Assembly: GCA_976551045.1 (NCBI GenBank)
Contig: CDPCPM010000103.1
Coordinates: 21,700,001 to 21,764,000, forward strand
DNA from: Glaucostegus cemiculus
Taxonomy: Eukaryota
Direction of reading: 5' to 3'
Length of the DNA: 64,000 bases
Numbering within the stretch: the stretch's first letter is position 1; each line of letters opens with the position of its first letter. Positions 25,286 to 37,299 of the stretch are shown here, in pieces. The position numbers and the translations under genes were made by a program. A model generated the notes under the pieces. That model was not told where the DNA came from and did no database searches. It worked only from the letters and a program-made list of their open reading frames with translations.

Positions 25286-26409
25286 TAAAAAATACTAGAG
25301 CAGCTGGAACAAAGAGCAAAGGGGAAAGGATAGGAAAATGTGGTGTACATGGATCAGCTGGCGTTGCATCGACACAAGAAGGAAAGGAAGCCCACCTATG
25401 GCCATAAGAAGAATTTGGTGAAGTGGTGAATAAACTGCACTTAGACACCCTTTCACTGGTGAGTTATTGACACAGCATCCATCAGACAACTTGACACCAG
25501 ACCTTGCTATAAAGAATCAAGGAATGGTTTCTAGTGAGTATTAGTAATCTGAATAGAGATTTAGAAACATAGAGATTTGCATAGATAAGCATAGAGATTT
25601 GGAAACCTAAAGTATTTGGAGCATACTTTGAAAGCAAAAAGCTTGCATTCCTGGCTGTCAGAATGGCAGTCAATAGAAACTGCCCCTATGGTTACTTTGG
25701 AACTAAAGAGTTGTTAACCAAAGCAGTATAGTACTGTATCAGTGGTATATTAGGATGGGCAATCATGAATTAAGTTACCAACTGGAGGAAACCCAGAATA
25801 GAAAACTAAAGAACGTAACCCTGAAAAATGGAACCTGGACGTAATAAAGGTAAAGCAAAAGAGGGAGTTAGGAGACTGGGAGTGGGATATACTTGGCAGG
25901 GAGATAGGGAAAGAAAGAAGGTCCATGACTGGAAGACCATCCCAGAAACGTGAGCTTGGCAGCAAAATGGCAATATCTGAAAGGTTGGATCGTTTGCCAC
26001 ATACACAAAGAAGTCTGTGGTATACTTGTCCAGTGTAATGAGACTACAGAACCTTAGCAGTTTTACAGAAAGCACAAGTCCCAGCAGACTCAGTGGCAAC
26101 AAAATTGTAAAAGTTGGTGATGACAGTACAGATAGAGCAGCCTCCAAGTCAGCACACCACTACAGAAGTGCTTGCAGTCCACAAACACATGGTTCACATT
26201 TTCTTTACAATAATGCAGTGTACGTCTATTAGGCGGAGAGGGAAATCTTACTTGCAGGGCTGATCATTCATGAAGAGTTGTGTCACATGGTCATATCTTT
26301 TTACATTTGTTTGTATTTCTTGCTGATGAGTTTAAAACCAGTTGTCATAAATAATGGCTGTATCGTTTTATGATCTCTCTCATGGTGAGTCTATGTAGAC
26401 ACACAACAG

Positions 26410-26526
26410 AGTGAGGAAGGAAAAGGGAGAGGGAGGAAGAAAGGCATGGAGAAAGGAAAGAAGGAAGACAGGAGGGAAAGAAGGAACAAAAGAAGCAAGC
26501 AAGAAAGAATGAAGAAAGCAAGAAAC
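26410..26526. repeat. Purine-rich low-complexity tract (GGAA/GAAA-like)
   Basis: ggaaggaaaagggagagggaggaagaaagg...gcaagcaagaaag. Confidence 0.85.
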
Positions 26527-26559
26527 CCCAATAGTAATTTTGACCTTTGGTGACTGTGT

Positions 26560-26680
26560 CAAACTGGCCATATCCTACCACATATGCCCCTGATCTTTTA
26601 AGGCTGCTCAGGAGGAGGGGCAAATATTGCTGCTGTTTAAATCTTCCTCTAGAAAGACAGTATTTCCAATGGTGTGTTTG
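26560..26680 (-). mobile_element. Possible DeuSINE/SacSINE1-like core, old
   Basis: Reverse: ctgtctttctagaggaagatttaaac...taaaagatcaggggcat resembles recalled Deu-domain layout. Confidence 0.3.
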
Positions 26681-26792
26681 TGTCTAGTCTATGCATGGTG
26701 AAAACTACCTTTGGTCCTGTTGAAACGTTTGATAGAAACCTTTTAAAATAAGCCCACATATATGTTCGTTAGAAGTATACTTGCTTTGAACA

Positions 26793-26836
26793 CATCCCCA
26801 AAGTGCAATTTGATCATCCCCAAAGTGCAATTTGAT
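26793..26836. repeat. Perfect 22-bp tandem duplication
   Basis: catccccaaagtgcaatttgat x2. Confidence 0.95.
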
Positions 26837-27749
26837 AAAGACCACAATATTATTTCTCAAGCATGACACTCGTCACTTGTCATCAATAAACATCAAAACC
26901 AGAAGCTGCCAGATTTATGTGATACAAATAATATGCTGCTTTTAATATATTGAGATGGTATAACTAATTTTTCTACATGGATATATTTTAAATTATGGAT
27001 ATGAATTGAGAATGATTTAAAAACATTAAACCTTTATCTGATTTGATCGTGGAAGCTGGTTGCCAATTTATTCAGTTTTTATGTTGTAAATATAAGTAAA
27101 TAGCAGATAGACCAAGTGGCAATGCATGATTGCAATGAGATAGCTGTTAAATAACCTTTGTAGTTTCATGTTCCTCTTAGAAAAATAAAGTCTCTTTCCT
27201 GATAAATCTGTCTTTCTGCTTCCCTTTATCTTTTATCAGTTTTTATTTCCTGAGAAAGCTTCTCTTCTTGGAAATCATAATGCACAATATTACTCAGGGA
27301 ATAGATGAATGTTGAGTGGCTGGTTAGTCTTTACAGTGAAGCTACTTGAGGGAGAAATAAACCAAAGGATAAGCTGAGCCAAAATAGAATGGAAAGATCA
27401 TATAGAACATGAACACCTGTATAGATTGGTTGGACTGAACGATCTGTTTCTGTGTTGAACGTTGCATTTAGCTCTATATAACATTACAAATAGTATTTCT
27501 ACTGAAGTCTTTTGACTGCTCTTCCAGAAATAGTGCTTGATTTTTTTTCGTGCCTTAGTTCTGACAGTCTGCATTTTAAACAATTTTAAGAAGACTCCTT
27601 AGTCTGTAAAATATAAATGTTAAATTTCCATATGAGGATTGTTGTAATTTTCAGGTATACTTTGTGAGTTAATAAAATGATGAGGTGGTTTTGAGTCCAT
27701 ATCCTGTGGGTTTTTAGAAAATGTGAAATATATAAGATCCAAGGGTGGC

Positions 27750-28042
27750 CTTGCCAAGGTGGATGCTGTGACCTTTTTTTTCCAATGGAGGTTTTGAGAA
27801 TGAGAGAGCATAATTCCAGGATAAAAGTTGTGATTCCTTGGAATTCTCCTTCCAGAGAGTTGTGGATGCTGAGTCACCAAGTAGATTCAAGGCTGACTTG
27901 GGTGGATATTTAAACATTTGGGTTATAGGGACAGGTTGGAAAGTAGAGATGAGGCTAAAATCAGATTAATCATGATCGCACTGAATAACAGAGCAGGCTG
28001 GTGTGGCCTTATGGTCTTGTCCTGCTCAAATTTCTCATGTTC
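27750..28042 (+). mobile_element. CR1 3' end, decayed
   Basis: ttggaattctccttccagagagttgtggatgctg...agattaatcatgatc...cctgctc. Confidence 0.6.
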
Positions 28043-28339
28043 ATTTTTCCAGTTGCTCTTTTTATTTTTTCCTTCCAAACAAATTCTCTCTTCTCACCAT
28101 CCCACCTTGTTCTTTTGTACTTTCTCCTCCTACCTGTGAAGTATTCTTAAGATATTTTTGACAAACTTGAGGTAATTGCATAAATGCTAGGCTTCGTCTT
28201 TTGCAGGACAGCACATTTTTTTTCTTCCTTTGATCTGCAGTACAAGCTCAAGCTTCCTGGCATCTGGCCTTATCAACTGTAACCACAGCATCATTTCATT
28301 TTACCGAGGTTTGAAATGTCAGGTGCCAAAAGTAATAGT

Positions 28340-28476
28340 GATAGCTCAAAAATTAGCACTCTTGCTTTTGAATCAATAGGTTGTCAGCTCAAAATCTGCT
28401 TTATAGACTTCACCACTGGCATTCTAGTACAGTCCTGATAGATTGCTGCATTGTTAGTGGTGCAGTTTTTCTAATG
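28340..28476 (+). mobile_element. SacSINE1/DeuSINE-like 5' part, old
   Basis: tagcactcttgcttttgaatcaataggttgtcagctcaa...ttctagtacagtcctgatagattgctgcattgttagtggtgc resembles recalled head and core. Confidence 0.45.
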
Positions 28477-28529
28477 TGTGTGCTTGTGCATTTGAGAGAG
28501 AGAGATTCTAGTCTATTGCCTCTTTAGAT

Positions 28530-28872
28530 AGCATAGACATAGAAGGGATAGTTCCATTATTGGGAGAGTCTAAGATCGAGGGCACAACCTAAGAATAAAG
28601 GGACATCCATTTAAAATTGTGGTGAGAAGGAATTTCCTCAGCCAGAGGGTGGTAAATCTATAGAATTTGTTGCCACAGAGGGCTGTGGAGGCCAGGTCAT
28701 TGGGTGTATTTAAGGCAGTGGTTGATAGGTTCTTGATTGGTAAAGGGGTTAAGGGTTACAGAGAGAAGGCAGGAGAATGGGGTTTTTAAAAAAAAATTCA
28801 GCTATGTTTGGATGGTGGAGCAGGCTTGATGGACTGAATGGCTTACTTCTGCTCCTATATCTTATGGTCTTA
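28530..28872 (+). mobile_element. CR1 3' end
   Basis: ESKIEGTT-like remnant, RRNFLSQRVVNL, tail ctgctcctatatcttatggtctta; same subfamily as 40330-40960. Confidence 0.85.
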
Positions 28873-29769
28873 GGGTCTTTTTAATCATCTTATTTTTTGA
28901 ACATTTTTAATTTCGTGTCTTATCCTGAATGCTTGTAAATGACACCGCAATCATTCAAATTAAACAGCAGCTTTGGTGGCTACTGAGTCTAGGAGGCAGA
29001 GACTTACTGTCCAGCAAAAGTGTTCTATCAGTGCAGCTAGTAGCTCCGCAATTATCGAGGTTCTGCACTGCCCTGGGCCATACTCAAGAGCAGGAGCCGA
29101 GATCCCAGCGGAAGATCTGGCCAACTAAAGTGACGCAAAACTACTCTCTCCAGTAGACGTGAGAGATCCCGTGCCACTACTTTAAGAGTCTCTTTGAAGA
29201 TCCAAAGATGAGCCTTGGGCTCCTCAACCCCGAGCTTCTTTAACATCTGGTATTCCCTTCACAAGGTCTTTTCATCTTCTTGCTGGCCTGGACTGCTGGT
29301 GAAGCTGGACTGGATGAGCTGCTGTGGAATGGGCTCAAGAACGCTTATCTCAAGGATGGAGTCACAGATGAGGAGCCAACACTGACCACCCCTCTATCCT
29401 TGATAAATTCACCTCTGTTCTTAGCTCTCAGCTGGATGGTGTCTTGTAAGTCCTGGGCCATAAATGAAGGAACTGAAGAATGCTCACATGTCATGGCTGT
29501 CAAGCAGCTATTGGGTTCCCAGCACTCTTTCAACCACCATCTGTTATTAAGGTTGAGCTTCTCTACAGGACATCAGCCTTTATGTTATTGCAGAGCTGTT
29601 TCTTTTTTCTCTTGAAACACAATAGAGCTTTCAATCCAGGAATGTTTAGGTTTGCAGTTAATTAGCTCTTGCATCTTCTAGTTATTCTTGTCAAACCAGT
29701 CCTGATACTGAAACCAATAATCTCTTCACAGCTGCCAATTAAATTGGACTTCAGTGCAGTCTGCACTCG

Positions 29770-29950
29770 AAAGGAACTCTGCTGCTCCTATTGACAGGGA
29801 GTTGACAGATTGTCTGTAAGGCAGTGTCTGAGAATATCTACCTTTGCAGGGTCCTTGAGAGCTTCAGCATTGATATTATTCTGGCAATATTTCTCTTGAT
29901 GCTGGTGTTTGGGGCCAGGTAGTGGAACTAACAATGAATTAGAGAGTGAC
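29770..29950 (-). mobile_element. RTE-clade LINE fragment (EN-RT linker)
   Basis: GPKHQHQEKYCQNNINAEALKDPAK resembles recalled shark RTE linker. Confidence 0.5.
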
Positions 29951-29984
29951 CAGTCCTTAAAGCACAATATAGATACAATCAAGA

Positions 29985-30290
29985 CTGGTGGAAGAGACAA
30001 GCAAGTGAAAGGGGAAATGATTCAAGGATGTTCTCAAAGCCGCTTTGGAAAAATGCTACGTCCCCACTGAGTCCTGAGAATCCCTGGCTCATGACCGCTC
30101 AAAGTGGAAAAGGAGCATTTGGGGTGGTCTTGAGAACAGCACATCCATGCATTGGGAACTTACAGAAGTCCTGTATAAAGTGAGCTCCAAATTCACAAAC
30201 TAGCCCTAGCCCCATCCCCATCTCATCAGGCAAGACGCTGTGGTTCCACTAAGGATCCACAAGAACTGGAGTGGAAGCAGGTTATCTTCT
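29985..30290 (+). mobile_element. RTE-clade LINE C-terminal fragment
   Basis: FKDVLKAALEKCYVPTES*ESLAHDRSKWKRSI resembles RTE motif RFKDxLKxxL..WExLAxDRxxWR. Confidence 0.7.
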
Positions 30291-30504
30291 ATCCCAAGAG
30301 AATCCCAAAGGGAAGGACGTTCGGTTTCCTTAATAACAAATGTTATAAGCTGGCAACTACCCAACCATTAAAATTTTCTGGTGCAAGCAGCAGGGAGAGG
30401 AGGAAAGAAGCCCAGGATTGTGAAGGCTCAAACCTCATCCAAGGGTCTGCACAAGGGCTCCTAAATTTTATTTTTACCAATATGGGGAACAAATAGATAT
30501 ATTT

Positions 30505-30745
30505 TAAAACCCTAAGTATGGTCTCACCAACATCTTGTACAGTTGTAACATGATGTCCCAACTCTTGTACTCAGTGACCTGACTGATGAATGCAAGCATG
30601 CTAATCACCTCTTTCACCACCCTGTCTACCTGCACTGCCACTATCAGGGAACTAACTACTTGTTTCCCTTTGTCTCTTAGTTCTACAACACACTCCTGGA
30701 TCTTTCCATTTACTGTGCAAGTCCTGCCCTGGTTTAACTTACCAA
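30505..30745 (-). mobile_element. CR1 ORF2 fragment
   Basis: QVDRVVKE..MLAFISQVTEYKSWDIMLQLYKMLVRPYL. Confidence 0.85.
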
Positions 30746-30829
30746 CCATACATTATACACAATTTTTACAAGAACACAATTAGTACAAAAAAAAAGCCCA
30801 TTTTAGTGCGCAGTGATCAAAGTGCAAAA

Positions 30830-31125
30830 AAACAAGAGGGCATGGGTTTAAGGTGAGAGAAAGGGATTTTAAAGGGGATGTTAGGGGTAAGTTTTTTTAC
30901 ACAGAGCGTGGTTGGTATCTGAAGCCCACTGCCGGAAATGGTGGTGGAATCTGGTACAATCATTATGTTTGAGAGACATTTAGACAGTCACTTGAACAAG
31001 CAAGACATTGAAAGTAATGAACCTAATGCTGGCAAATGGGGTTAGTGTAGATGGATAAGAAAGTTAGCATGGATGTGGTGGGCCAGAGGGCCATTTCTGT
31101 GCTGTACAACTCTATGACCCTATGA
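30830..31125 (+). mobile_element. CR1 3' end
   Basis: TRGHGFKVR..FFTQSVV; tail ctgtgctgtacaactctatgac. Confidence 0.85.
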
Positions 31126-31149
31126 TTTTATAATAATGCCTGGGAGTTT

Positions 31150-31480
31150 AAAGTAGGGGCCATTTCTCCAGTACAGCAATGACTTCCACCCACCATTGTG
31201 GAAAATTACCCAGTACAAATCCAATCTGACCAGTTATTGCCCAATCAGTCTATCCTCAATTACCTGCAGTCATAGAAGGTGTCATCAAAAGCTCTATCAA
31301 GTGACACTTATTCACTAATAACCTGCTCATCAATGCTCAGTTTGGGTTTTGCCAGGAGCACTCAGCTTCAGACCTCATTAAAGTTATAATTCAAACATTG
31401 ACAAAGCAGCCAATATCCTGAAGCAAGGTGAAAGTGTTTGCCCTTGAAAAATTAATGGGCATCAAGGAGAAAACATTTCA
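31150..31480 (+). mobile_element. Non-LTR RT N-terminal fragment of a different LINE family
   Basis: KSNLTSYCPISL..IEGVIKSSIK*HLFTNNLLINAQFGFCQEHSASDLI. Confidence 0.7.
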
Positions 31481-32854
31481 CTTTTAAGGGTTTCCCTCTT
31501 TAAACATGCTTTAACTAATATCGGTGCTCATTTCATGAGTACACTCTTGTATTTTTCCTGGTCATTGTGCACATCAGAAAATCTCATGGCACCCAACTTG
31601 AAGGTTCCAATTACACTGCCTCATGGAAAGGTCACCTGTCACCAGTACATTGAAAGTAATTTGGTTCTGTGATTCTATGTCACAGCACAACAAGAGCTGG
31701 AGTGGGACTAGCTGGATTGCTTTTGGAGGCAGCCAGTGTGATCTCTATGGTTCAAATGGAATTATTTCATTTTGTAGCGATAGCCAGATTCTACGAATTC
31801 AAAAGTATATCGACAATAGGTGTGTAAAATAAATGGATTAACATAGTCCATGATAGGCACCAGTAGATATTTAAATAGATATGTTGCTATGGCAGTAATT
31901 ACTCCAACAATCTGTAATAGCAGGATGGTTTTGCTTTCATAAGGGGGAAGCAGTTGAGACTACTTTATAACTTCTTTCCTTTCTTCCATGAGCTAGCAGG
32001 GGGCTAATTTGCTGTCAGATTTCTACAGTACATGAAAGAAAAATTAGTCGATTAGGTCTTGAGTTATGGGTGTGTGGCCCATTTTCTTGAGATAGATGGC
32101 TTGGTATTAAGGTGTGTCACCTTCCTACCCCATCAGCTGAACGACACTAAATCCTCTACAGGGGCACTTAGTTTCATGTCAGAATGCTTTGTCGTCTATG
32201 AAACCATTGCCTCGAAATTGTCTGCCCAATGAAACTCCCATTTCTCCTCATCCTCGTGTTAAAGACTAATATATAAGGACATCCAAAGCAAAGAGAAAAC
32301 AGGCACTTCTTTTATTGTTGAAATTATTTTCCTACCTGAGTTACTTGCAGCAATATCCAGCAGATTAATTTTTAATATTTGGAAAATCAAGGCAAGCCTC
32401 ATGTACATTTCGTACACGAAGATTCAGTGTTGGTCTAATCCCCTTCCACAGACAGCTTGTACTGGTGAATACTGCAACATCAAGCCAGATGCCTTTCCGA
32501 CAGAGATCTTCAGTGAATCCCAGGAGAACATGAGGGTTGAAACTGCTAATTAGGATTGTCTCCTTTTGTTCAGCAGAAAAATATTTCACTATCACAGAAG
32601 CTGCTGAGGTATCCTGAGTGTGTTGACTGAGGTATTACCGGATAAATTCTGGATGGGTCAGTCAAACATGTTAGGCCTCTGGCTTATATCTTTAGTGGTC
32701 TCGAGGCTATTTTAGCCATTCTCCCAAAATGCCTAAATAAAAGAAGACATAACCTTAGCAGCAGGAACAAAGCCAGTGCAGAAATGGGCACAGGTTGCCC
32801 CATGGTCCAAATGAAATTATGTCCATTTTATGTCTAAGAAGAGTGTACAGAACA

Positions 32855-33205
32855 AAATTGGTAATTGGTAATTTGTTTGTTATTGTCATGCGTACCCAGG
32901 TACAATGAAATATTATGTTTTGCTTGTCATCCATTAGTACATCGAGGTGGTACAAGGGAAAAACAATAACAAATGCAAAATATAATGTTACAGTTACAGA
33001 GAAAGTGCATTGCAGGCGGACAATAAGGTGCAAGGCCATAGCAAGGTAGATTGTGAGGTCAAGAGTCCATCTTATTGCACAAGAGGTCCATTCAATTGTC
33101 TTATAACAGCGGGATAGGAGCTGTCCTTCAGCTTGGTGGTATGTGCTTTCAGGCTTTTGTATCTTCAGCCTGATGGGAGGGGGGAAGAAGACGGAATGTC
33201 CAGCA
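32855..33205 (-). mobile_element. Rex1/Babar-like LINE 3' end
   Basis: Reverse: PLPSG*RYKSLKAHTTKLKDSSYPAVIRQLN; (ccaatta)n-like tail. Confidence 0.8.
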
Positions 33206-34499
33206 AAGATCTAATGAGTTACCTTGTAACAGTACATACAAGCTTGTAACTTATTTGTTTAAACAGCAATATTTCTTTCTAAAGTTACGGCAAGAAATAG
33301 CTGAATTTTTCATTTCCTGCTTATTTATTTAAAAAATTGTGTGCTTAGGAATGAGGGTTATTTCAAGCAAAGAGTATTTCAAAGTCATTGTTAATATGTT
33401 TTGGACAAGTACATGGATAGAAAGGATTAGAGGGTTATGGACCAAACGCTAGCAAATGGGACTAATTAGATGGGATTCTTGGTTGGCATGGATGAGTCAG
33501 GCCAAAGGGCCATGATTCTGTTTACTTAAAGCAGTTGACTCTCTGTTAAAAGAGCAGGGAGAAAAATTTGATAGAAATACTATTGTGACAGTATACTGTC
33601 ATTTCCAAACTATTGCCAATACTGTAACTACAAAGCCCCTTCCCAAATGTCAGTTAGCCACCACACAGTTTGATCTTCGTAGTATTCGGCTTTTAAGAAG
33701 TGCCCTTTTGTGTCATTTTTACCTGAAGTTTTAGAATCCCTGTAATATTATATTTCCTTCACATGTTGAGAACTAAGTAATTTTCTTTCTGCTCTGCACA
33801 GAACTGAAATGTAATCTTTTCAGCTTCTAAATGTTGACAGAAGTAATGTTGTATTGGCTGCACTAATGCATCTGCATTCTTTTTAGCTGCAGTGTGTAAA
33901 TCACAAATCTTAACCATCTGAAATGATAACGCGGAACATTTGTCTCAGTTTAAATCTACAGGCTTGAAGGCCCTTCTGATCTATTCATCAGAACAGACCG
34001 ATTCCCATTTAACAAATCACAGAAGAGTGTCTGCTCCTTCCATAATTAATGATCATTAACAAAATCTCAGGAATGCAGTGCTTTAAGATATGTTGTCTCC
34101 CGAAACATGATATGGTTTGCAGGCTGATAATTATGGAGGGAGACAGGAGTTCCTTAGTGAAGGAGGAGTTCCACTCCAAGCACCTGAGCTAATAGCAATA
34201 TCGACGCAGGACAGTGAAGAAGATAAATTATTCGAACAGTTAATTGCAACCATCGATTTGTGAAAACTAATAACAATAAACAATTCTTAAGAGAATGATT
34301 TTAATATTATTCTGTAAAAATCCCCACAAATGATTAGCCCAGAGGAAATCCCAGATCAATGTATTGACTTTAATATATTTTTTTCTATTAAATTGTTTAT
34401 CCATACAGATTAAACAATATTGCTTTTAAAATTTACAGTGACAGTTCTAAATTTCTTACCATTAATTATTCTTTTTTCCTACAAGCCACTCCATGAGAA

Positions 34500-34850
34500 G
34501 ACATTTTTCCCAGCTTTTCTTCCCTTTCTGTCTCCTTCTCCCTGACCTGAAGAAGGCAACAGCCCTCAGGCACATCTCTCATCCAGCCAGACTTGACAGG
34601 CGACAGTGCCTGTCACCAAGCTCTTGTTACATGGAGAGGTGGAGAGGGAGTGACAATTGAGTCTAATCTATGCGCATGCACTTTCTAGTAGAAGATTTTC
34701 TGGTTAAAACTTGATTTTATTTCCCCTTCTCACTGGCCCAACGACCACTCTTGATCCACTGCCCAGATGAAGGTCGATCAACTCCACAGGGTACAGACAA
34801 CAAACCTCAGAACTTGCTGCAAGCTCTTGGGCAGTTAATGCACATCATTT
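34500..34850 (-). mobile_element. Possible old tRNA-derived SINE
   Basis: Reverse agaaggggaaataaaatcaag...ctagaaagtgcatgcg resembles a recalled old shark SINE; highly diverged. Confidence 0.3.
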
Positions 34851-34997
34851 AGTTTTTGTAAGACAGATATAGGATATTAGTTACAACGCAGAAGGAGCGT
34901 ATTCAGCCCATTGGATCCCTGCCAGCTCCCAACAGGGTATGGACATCTAACGCATGCCTCCCTCCTTATTTCCCTATAGCCCTGTGTCTCATCCACT

Positions 34998-35442
34998 GAA
35001 TTATAGGGAGAGGTTGGACAGGCTAGGACTTTATTCCTTGGAGCATAGGAGACTGAGAGGTGATCTTATAGACGTGTATAAAATCAAGAGGGGCATAGGT
35101 GGGTGAATGAACTCGGTCTTTTTCCCAGGGTTGGGAAATCAAGAACTAAAGGGTATAGGTTTAAGGGGAAACTAGAAGGGAAAGACTTATTAGGTACTTG
35201 AAGGGCAACTTTTTTACACAAAGGGTGGTATCTACGTGGAATGAGATGCCAGAGGAAGTGGTTGAGCCAAGTATAACAGCAACTTTTAAAAGTTGGACAG
35301 GTACATGGATTGGAAAGGTTTAGAAGCTAATAGGCCTAAACGTTGAGAAATGGGATGAGCTTGGATGGGGCATTTTGGTCAGCATGGACCATTTGGGCCA
35401 AAGGGCCTATTTCTGTGCTGTATAATTCTTTGACTCTATGAC
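34998..35442 (+). mobile_element. CR1 3' end
   Basis: YRERLDRLGLYSLEHRRLRGDLIDVYK; tail gggccaaagggcctatttctgtgctg. Confidence 0.88.
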
Positions 35443-35454
35443 ATACTCACATAA

Positions 35455-35660
35455 CCATCAACTTCCTCTGATAATTTTGCCAATTATTGACCTACCAGCA
35501 GATCTTTGGGATGCTGGAGGGAACTGGAGCATCTGGTGGAAATCCAGATAGTCACAGGGAGAATGTGCAGACTTCACACAAACAACACCCAAGGTCAGGA
35601 TTGAACCCAGTTCTCTAGGACTGTGAGGCATCAGCACAAGTGATTGCACCACTGTGTCAC
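35455..35660 (-). mobile_element. HE1-like V-SINE
   Basis: gtcacagggagaatgtgcagacttcacaca...attgaacccag...ctgtgaggca. Confidence 0.8.
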
Positions 35661-35684
35661 TCAAAACTAACACACCACAATATT

Positions 35685-36020
35685 GCGCAGTGGTAACATT
35701 ATCAGCCTCGTAATGCAGAAGCTTGAATTAACGACCCAATTGAGATCTTAACTAAAGTTAATCAAATAATTCTGAAATTTAAAAAATGTGTCAGGTGATG
35801 ATGAGGCAACAAATTGTCATAAAGCCCTATTTATTTCATTATTTTCCATGAGGGAAGGACATCTTTCAAACATATTCAGCCTGGCCTATATGTGACTCCA
35901 AGCCCACATCAATGTAGATTTTGAAATGACCCAGCAAGACATTCATTTTGAGGGCCATTAGGGATGGACAATAAATGCTGGCCTGTCTAACAAGATGCAC
36001 ATCCTCTGAATGAATAGGAA
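35685..36020 (+). mobile_element. Older SINE family C
   Basis: ctggcctatatgtgactcca...agggccattagggatggacaataaatgctggcc...tgaatgaat. Confidence 0.7.
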
Positions 36021-36719
36021 AGATAATGAAGGTTGAGGAGAGAGTGAAGAGAAGATTAATGAAAATGGCTCCAAGTTAAGGCCATCAGAAAAAGGAACAG
36101 GTGCAGAGCATCTGGCCCTTCATGCTGCTCTGTCATTCATTAAGATCATGTGATCTTATACCTCACCATCACCTTTCTGCACTAACCACGTATCTCTTGT
36201 TTCCCATACTATAGTTCCTTCTTTAGCTTATGAATACCCAATTTAAGTACAGCCCACACAAATGAGTGAGCTTTGGGGAGACCAGTGGGATGGATTTACC
36301 AGCTGCTGTGAGGCTGAAGGAATCTTCTCCGTGTGGGAGTTCAGTTCGTGGCTGACTCGCAAACTGTTCGGATTACAAACAGTTCACAGGAAGCCCTTGC
36401 ATAACCTGGGGAGGACCTGCATCCAAAAACCTTTCATTCTCTTTCTTGAACTTGCCCGATGACTGAGCCTACCAAACCACCAGAGCTAAAGCACTTCAAA
36501 AACATCGCCACTCTTTTGGGTGCAGAAATTCCTTATCACAATCACCTTACTTTCAGAACCATGGTTCAAGCCAGGAAAACATTCTCCCAGTGTCGAGTCT
36601 GTCAACCCTTCATGAACTCTGCATGTTTCAGTAAGATCACCTCTCATTTCTCTAAACACTGGAAGGGATAAAACTAGTCCGCCCAAAATCTCCTGGCAAA
36701 GCAAACCCCTCACCTCAGT

Positions 36720-36835
36720 AATCAATGAAATAAAAATGCCAGAAACATTCAACAGGTTGGGCACTCTCCTGATCTGCTGCAAATTTCCACCAATTTTGTT
36801 TTTATTTCAGTATTCCAGCATCTGTGTTTTTTTTC
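36720..36835. mobile_element. Penelope-derived short repeat with inverted pieces
   Basis: tgaaataaaaatgccagaaacattcaacagg...ttttatttcagtattccagcatctg. Confidence 0.55.
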
Positions 36836-37007
36836 AATAAGTCTGGCGAACCTTCATTGCACTCCCACCTTTGTAAGTATTTCCTTCCTTCGGTAGCAAG
36901 ACCAGACCTGTACACGATATTCCAGGTGCAGTCTCTCTAGAGTCCTGTCTAATTTCAGTATGACATCCTCAGTCTTGTGTTTAAACACCCTTAGTAAAGG
37001 TTAGTGT

Positions 37008-37105
37008 AAACTGATGAAGGCTCCTGGGCTTAAAGTGTTAACTGTTACTCTTTCCACAGATGCTTCCTGATCTACTGAGCTTTTTTCTACTATTTTCTAG
37101 TTTTA
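37008..37105 (+). mobile_element. Penelope-derived short repeat with hammerhead CTGATGA box
   Basis: ctgatgaaggctcctgggcttaaagtgttaactg...ccacagatgc. Confidence 0.65.
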
Positions 37106-37299
37106 ATCCCATATACCTTTACTTTCCTAATCGTTGCTCTACCTGCCCATTAATTTTCAGTGATTCTGTACAATACCCAGGTTGTGAGCACTGATACCTC
37201 TTAATCTCTCCCCATTTAAAAATTCTCCAGCTTTCTATTTTTTTCCATTGAAGTTGATGACATCATGTTTTTCCTTTTGCATGTTTCAGATTTCCTTTC

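Noticed and set aside
26345-26623. Hydrophobic F/L/S-rich ORF as a membrane protein
   Set aside because: Translation of a low-complexity pyrimidine tract
32452-32553. Acceptor ccccttccacag followed by TACTGEYCNIKPDAF..
   Set aside because: Short, ends in a stop, no recognisable homology or partner exon
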